DNA of 62,470 bases, counting the filler, from Circinaria calcarea (taxonomy: Eukaryota): NCBI GenBank assembly GCA_051942165.1. It is 6 parts of 6 records of this genome, joined end to end, with 100 filler letters (N's around TTAATTAATTAA, not from the genome) between each part and the next. Parts side by side here need not be neighbours in the genome. Positions count along the whole stretch, not along the records: positions 52,183 to 62,470 come from JAVECS010000826.1; 5 more parts are not named here. One strand, given 5' to 3'. Made by a program: the position numbers and the translations under genes. The notes under the pieces are model-generated. The model worked only from the letters and a program-made list of their open reading frames with translations. It searched no databases and was not told the DNA's origin. Shown piece by piece: positions 57,402 through 62,470 of the stretch. Position 1 is the stretch's first letter. The number at the start of each line of letters is the position of its first letter.

Positions 57402-60206
57402 CTAATCCATCTCAACATCTTCATCCCTCCAGAATAGCTCATCCGGAACAGGATACATGTACGCCTCTTCGTCAAATACGATTTCCCTCTCGGAATAATC
57501 CACGGTGAATTCTCGAGAGACATAAGACGGGACTGAAAAGACCCACGCACGGAAAAGGGCCGCTTCTCGTAGATCCACATTGCCGGCTATCAATCCCTTG
57601 GAATTCCACGACGCGGTCGTTGAGGATTTGGTGTTTGGGGTAGAGACTTTGGGAAGGATGCGGAAAGACTTGGCCATGTACCAAGTCGCATGATGACCGG
57701 CTATGGTGGCGGAGTTATTAATCTTGATACTTTCGGTAAACTGGTGAAACAGCGACCATAGAACTTCAAAAACCTCGTCCATAACGCGATGTTGACAGGC
57801 CCACATATTCGTGTTAGTAATAACCCAATAGCGAAGATTGCCGGCTTCACCAGGAACATCAGCAAGGGAAGGTAGAGTAGCGTTGGGAGCATGTTTGGCA
57901 GGATCATGGACCGGGATTAGAATGGGTTTGGCAGTGTAGCTTGCGGGGAGATCAGGATAGCTAGACGGCAATTCGTTAAGGAGGTAGTTTTCCAACTCAT
58001 AGGGTATCAGAAGAGGTATGGTATTTTGTTTTCGCATGACAGTGGCAAGATCTGGGCCGCACACTTGACGACGAATCCTTCTGGTGAGATAGCCATTGTC
58101 TACAAGTCTCTCATTAGCAATTAGATTTGTGAGTATCCAAAGGAGCCAAAACAACTTACATCCGACGTGCTGATAACCCAAGCCCAGCTTAGCAGAAATA
58201 GCGCGTTTCAGATATTCGAACAGTTGATTGTTGTCGGAATTGATATCATGAGTAATCCGGTCGGCGTTGAAATCTATGTCCCATTCATACTGAGGTGAGT
58301 CATCGTATAATGTACTGTCATCATAGATTGCATCGGTGAAGGCTGATCGATCTAATTCTGCATCCGCCCTCGCATCGAGACGCCACGCCTCGCAGTGCCT
58401 CATGAAAAGCTCAAACTGCCCAAGTCCGCTTCTGCCGTTTGGAAGGCCTCGATGACGTTTGGACGTGTCTAGTTCTGCTAAAATCATCAACGGCCCTGAC
58501 AGAGGCTCACCAGCGGTACGCTTCCGATCGTTGGCTTCTTGGTAAGCTGCCCAGTTTGCTTTTCGTTCCTCGTAATCCTCGCTCCACTCTACTCCCCGCC
58601 CGCCTTGACTTTCGACCCCGACCTCAAGCGCAAGTGGTGTTGATCCGAAGTAGAAGCGGTCGGTAAAGTCTTGGCCAAGATATGCGATTCGTTTGAGTGT
58701 TTTCAACGGGGGTTCATCTCCATTAGGCTTTCTGTAACCAACTAACGATTTGTATACCGTATCAAACGGCCAATAAGGGGTTTCTGAGTCACCTAGCCCG
58801 TCATCCGCATTTGAATTGGAGACACCCACCATAGCCGAGTCGGGATCAGTGTTTATAGCTTGGTCTGATGTACCATCTGAAGCTTGGGTAGACTTTGGAA
58901 GTGGATTAGCGGTGGCGGGCCCTTCCAACATCTGCACGTAGGAAGGTAAGATCCTCAATCCAAACCCTCGATCGGCGTATTTGAAAACTCGACTTTCACG
59001 TGTTGCACGACGTGCTCCCAGGTAGTGTCCATAGACAAGGTCCATGGTGAATATGGAGTATCCGGTCTCTATCGCTCTAGCACATCGAGGTAGCATCAAA
59101 ACTTGGGTTCCATCAAAACCGATAGCGCACGCGTCAAGATCGAAGTTGAGTAGTATGTGGGTTGGCGAAGGTAAAAGTTTAAGAACGACCTGAATACGTC
59201 TGTTGGGATAGTCTGCTAGGAAAGTGATCGTCTTTGCGCTCTTGATCACTAGCTTTTGGCTGTTGTCAGCCGGGAGATTGGTGTTCCAAGTGTCGTAGAT
59301 GTGCTCGAGTTTCTCATTGGCCTGCTTAACAGTGAGGCCGTACAGATAGATATCGATGTCGCTTTCCTGGGCTTGGTGGCCGTGCACCTCATCTATCGGC
59401 TTATGCAAAAGCGTATTGATTACAATTCCTCCTGCGACAAACACGCCGTTCCAATCGAGACCCTTCAGGATACCCTTTGTAGTACGGTCAAATGTCTCAC
59501 GGAAAGTATTGCTGTCGGCTAGGATCCTAAGAGTTGATTGCCGTTTCGCATCAAGCATCTCGAATCCACCAACAGGGGGATCTTCACGCTTTACGAGGAT
59601 GGTTGTCTCCGTATCCGCAGGTGCCTTTCCAAGTATCTTGGCAAGATGCTCTAATGTCACAAGATATCGGTTGTCCGGATTCGAGGCGGAGCTTCTAGAT
59701 CGGATATATCGCTCGTTGAGTAAGACTACTTGGTCAATATCCTGGAGAGCATCAAATGTTTTCCCGACTGTTCCCGGGTCTGACTGGGAGGGCCTCCCTT
59801 GTTCAGTTTCCATAAAGGCCCGTAGTAAGGTATACGGCGTGCGTACATCCCTCAAGATGGCCCGGATGATGGTAGGGCCAAGGCTCTTAGTAACGGTTTG
59901 CAGATCAGCGTCGAGGTTATCACTTTCCTTCAACAGCTCAATGATCTTTCCAGCTGATATCGAAACCAGTGAAGGAGTTACATGGTCAGCCTTTTGCTCG
60001 TCCAGTTGACGCAAGTGAGTGTTCAACTGAGCTTTGAGGTAGGCTTGAGTAAGAGTAGTGACAGTCCAGTCTGAATCCTTTAGCTGAGCCTTAGCCAGGC
60101 TATCTTGTGCCCAATTGAGACGCCATGATGTTGTAAGAAATTCCGGAAGACTTTCCAGTCCTCCAGGCTGTGGTTGACTACCGCCAACTGTAGAAGCTGA
60201 TGACAT
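57402..60206 (-). CDS. Large protein with a class II nucleotidyltransferase-like domain; probable 60-nt in-frame intron at 58159-58100
   Basis: VFVAGG..SDIDIYLYGL..RRIQVVLK..NFDLDACAIGFDG..RVFKYADRGF motif series. Confidence 0.78.
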   Translation of the reverse strand: MSSASTVGGSQPQPGGLESLPEFLTTSWRLNWAQDSLAKAQLKDSDWTVTTLTQAYLKAQLNTHLRQLDEQKADHVTPSLVSISAGKIIELLKESDNLDADLQTVTKSLGPTIIRAILRDVRTPYTLLRAFMETEQGRPSQSDPGTVGKTFDALQDIDQVVLLNERYIRSRSSASNPDNRYLVTLEHLAKILGKAPADTETTILVKREDPPVGGFEMLDAKRQSTLRILADSNTFRETFDRTTKGILKGLDWNGVFVAGGIVINTLLHKPIDEVHGHQAQESDIDIYLYGLTVKQANEKLEHIYDTWNTNLPADNSQKLVIKSAKTITFLADYPNRRIQVVLKLLPSPTHILLNFDLDACAIGFDGTQVLMLPRCARAIETGYSIFTMDLVYGHYLGARRATRESRVFKYADRGFGLRILPSYVQMLEGPATANPLPKSTQASDGTSDQAINTDPDSAMVGVSNSNADDGLGDSETPYWPFDTVYKSLVGYRKPNGDEPPLKTLKRIAYLGQDFTDRFYFGSTPLALEVGVESQGGRGVEWSEDYEERKANWAAYQEANDRKRTAGEPLSGPLMILAELDTSKRHRGLPNGRSGLGQFELFMRHCEAWRLDARADAELDRSAFTDAIYDDSTLYDDSPQYEWDIDFNADRITHDINSDNNQLFEYLKRAISAKLGLGYQHVGCKLFWLLWILTNLIANERLVDNGYLTRRIRRQVCGPDLATVMRKQNTIPLLIPYELENYLLNELPSSYPDLPASYTAKPILIPVHDPAKHAPNATLPSLADVPGEAGNLRYWVITNTNMWACQHRVMDEVFEVLWSLFHQFTESIKINNSATIAGHHATWYMAKSFRILPKVSTPNTKSSTTASWNSKGLIAGNVDLREAALFRAWVFSVPSYVSREFTVDYSEREIVFDEEAYMYPVPDELFWRDEDVEMD

Positions 60207-60847
60207 GATGGAAGCAGCGGTATCGAAATCAGATATTACGGGACGAATTGATGAGAAGCAGAGTAAAGTAACGAACTGGAAGGCCGCTGTTTGTTTCGAG
60301 ATGCAGCGAACAGGACGGATGTGAAAACAGTAAGAGAATGATAGGTTCGATGTGAGGAGTCACCCGAGAAGATGTAAGAAAGGAGACTTCAGTATTAGCT
60401 TAGGCGGTAATGCCCTCCTTGCCACTGACTATAGAAGATTTGAATGACCCAATAGACGTGGATGATTGAAGTTGTTGTTGTTGCTGCCTGTCGAGGAGCA
60501 AAAGTTGAGAGTCGCATCGGTCCCACTAATTCTCCGGTGTGCACCCCCGGGGCCCAGGCTGTCCACCACAAACACAGTTCACTATCTCAGGCGTCGTCGC
60601 CGAGAATCTGTGCCGGCTCTCTGATGGCCTCCTACTTCCAACACAGCCGTTCAGTTTGAGTGATTGAAGCCTGCCGACTGACCATGCTCAAGGAATAAGG
60701 CATGCCGCGACTACACTCTAATTGACTGATTGGCTTCACAGAACACGCTTGACATCTCAATCTCAAACCGTAATGGAAGACCAGAGGAGTAGCCAAGTAA
60801 AAATTATATACCGTTTCAGCATCGTGACCTATATACAGATACTCCAT

Positions 60848-61757
60848 CTACGGCCACAGCTCCTCCTTCTTCCACTCGGCCTTGACCTCCCCTCCCTGAC
60901 CTTTCTCGCTGACAAACGTATACCGGTATCTTCGCGCCGTCGTAGGATCACTGATATCCGTTTGCTCCACCTCGTCCGGCTTGATGATGACCACCCGGAA
61001 ATTCTCCCTGGCGATTGGATCATGTAGATTGGTGACCTTTTGCCCGAGTTGATGGTCCGGATCTGGCTCTTTCTCTACGGCGGTACCGGGTGGTGGGTTC
61101 TTCCACGAGCCTGAGAGATGAAACAGTCAGTTTTTAGCCAGACCGCTATGATTCGGGGGTATGTAACTCACCTCTCATTCCGGGACTGCAGTTCCCAAAG
61201 TGTGCCGTCAATTCCCTCTCCCAACTCCAGTTTTTCTCGCCTCCTTCCTTGACAACCCTCATCCTCTCGCCAATTTCGCTTTTCACCGTCCTCACCCCGC
61301 TGCTCTCTTCCCCGTCCCCTTCAATATCTCTTGCAACCACAAATGCTGTCCCCTTGATCCTCCATTGCGTTCCCGCCTCCTTGATCCACCATACAGCCTC
61401 AACGGGCCCTCCACCGCCGGATCCCTGACTCTGGGATTCATCACCATGGCCGGCGCTAGAAGCGAAGATCTCGGGGATCTTCCGCATCCGGACGTCGGAC
61501 GTGAAAGTTGGCAGTTCGGACTCGTAGACCCGGTCGTTCATGGGCGCGTCATTGTGCTTGTTTTCGGGGAGCTCAGCCCACATGCCACGATAGATGCAGT
61601 AGCGGAGGCGGGGAACGTATGGCACTGGAGAACCGGCTGGGGCTGGTGCCACGGTACTGAAGATGAATTCGGGCGAGGGCATTTTGGCAATGTGTTCCAG
61701 GAAGATGGACTTCCATGGTGCCGGGGGGGCGGTGAGGTGGTGAGTGGTGGTAGACAT
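60848..61757 (-). CDS. Pyridoxamine 5'-phosphate oxidase-like FMN-binding split-barrel protein; exons 61757-61172, 61110-60848
   Basis: APWK, PRLRYCIYRG, FTSDVRMRK, VEAVWW..QWRIKG, SPGMRGSWKNPPPG, ARENFRVVII and EELWP. Confidence 0.87.
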
Positions 61758-62308
61758 GGTGGGGAGGAGACGATGGAAGCGGAGACTGGGGCAGGATGTA
61801 GGAGCTATGGTTGCCAATTGTTTGTAAAATAGAGGGAGGTGAAGGTCAATCAATGGATATAACTTCTCGCAACAGCTCTGAAAGAATTGTTAGTAATGTA
61901 AAGCTGTATAGGTTGCAAAATACGAGGGCAATTTTAGAGCGAAAGTCAGCTATTCGATTAAATTATCTACACTATGACGTAGAGATCTTCAGAGAAGACC
62001 ATGAAGATCGAAGAACATAAAACTATCGAGGTGTACCACCTCAACAGGCTACCAATGTGTTAAATACTGAGATCTAATCTCGGTCAATGTATTTACCAGC
62101 AAGTTCCTGAAGAACCATTATCTTTGGAGGTTTGAAAAGCATATGTTATTTTTGCCTTAATCGACATTGTGTAACTTTATCTGCTGAAGTGTTTTTAACA
62201 AGTCTATAAGTCGTTGGTAGGAGGTACTCCACGGAATCATTGGCAGCATCCCAACACCTCTAGATCCCTCCATTCCTACACGAGGACCCCTCCGTAACCT
62301 AATCTACC

Positions 62309-62470
62309 ATGGACCTCCTCCGTCTCCTACGTGCGGGAGTTTGCAGCAAGAGTGGAGAGGGAGGTGGAGAGGTTGGATGTAGTGGTGCTGAATGCCGGGG
62401 TGATGATGAAAGAGTACGAGATTAGTCCGGAGGGATGGGAGCAGACGCTGCAGGTTAATACGCTTTCGAC
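62309..62470 (+). pseudogene. Short-chain dehydrogenase/reductase fragment, probably a pseudogene (cut by the window end)
   Basis: VREFAARVEREVERLDVVVLNAGVM..GWEQTLQVNTLS. The upstream MDL is out of frame, there is an in-frame TAA at 62295, and no TGxxxGxG motif is visible upstream. Confidence 0.6.

Noticed and set aside
1..62470. tRNA, rRNA, intact transposase/RT genes or secondary-metabolite backbone genes
   Set aside because: None recognised by eye; tRNAscan-SE and repeat searches would be needed to exclude degenerate copies.

Overview
Eukaryotic, intron-rich DNA from a filamentous ascomycete (Pezizomycotina-type GT..CTRAY..YAG introns; abaA-, pac2- and cti6-like genes). The window is not one locus. 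It is six ~10.3 kb contigs joined by identical artificial 100-nt spacers (44 N + TTAATTAATTAA + 44 N) in decreasing length order, so gene neighbourhood only has meaning inside a contig. Most genes are housekeeping: mitochondrial AsnRS, SEC10, RanGAP, STRAP, an ALY/Yra1-like protein, CTI6, MRD1, dynein light chain LC8, UTP17, RPB10, a CSC1/OSCA channel and a PNPOx-like protein. The most interesting accessory content: (1) a three-gene island at 15.9-20.5 kb, with a divergent Hsp70-fold ATPase head-to-head with a membrane-anchored protein carrying a GrpE/MIEAP-like tail, next to a stand-alone HeLo-like/STAND N-terminal-domain gene (candidate immunity or allorecognition module); (2) a spliced, signal-peptide-less trypsin-fold protease that the ORF track shows only as fragments; (3) a large class II nucleotidyltransferase-like protein; (4) an snR64-like C/D snoRNA in an MRD1 intron; (5) an apparently duplicated alternative last exon of LC8; (6) a KP4/Ecp2-like secreted protein. 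All family calls come from motif recognition by eye; no searches were run.
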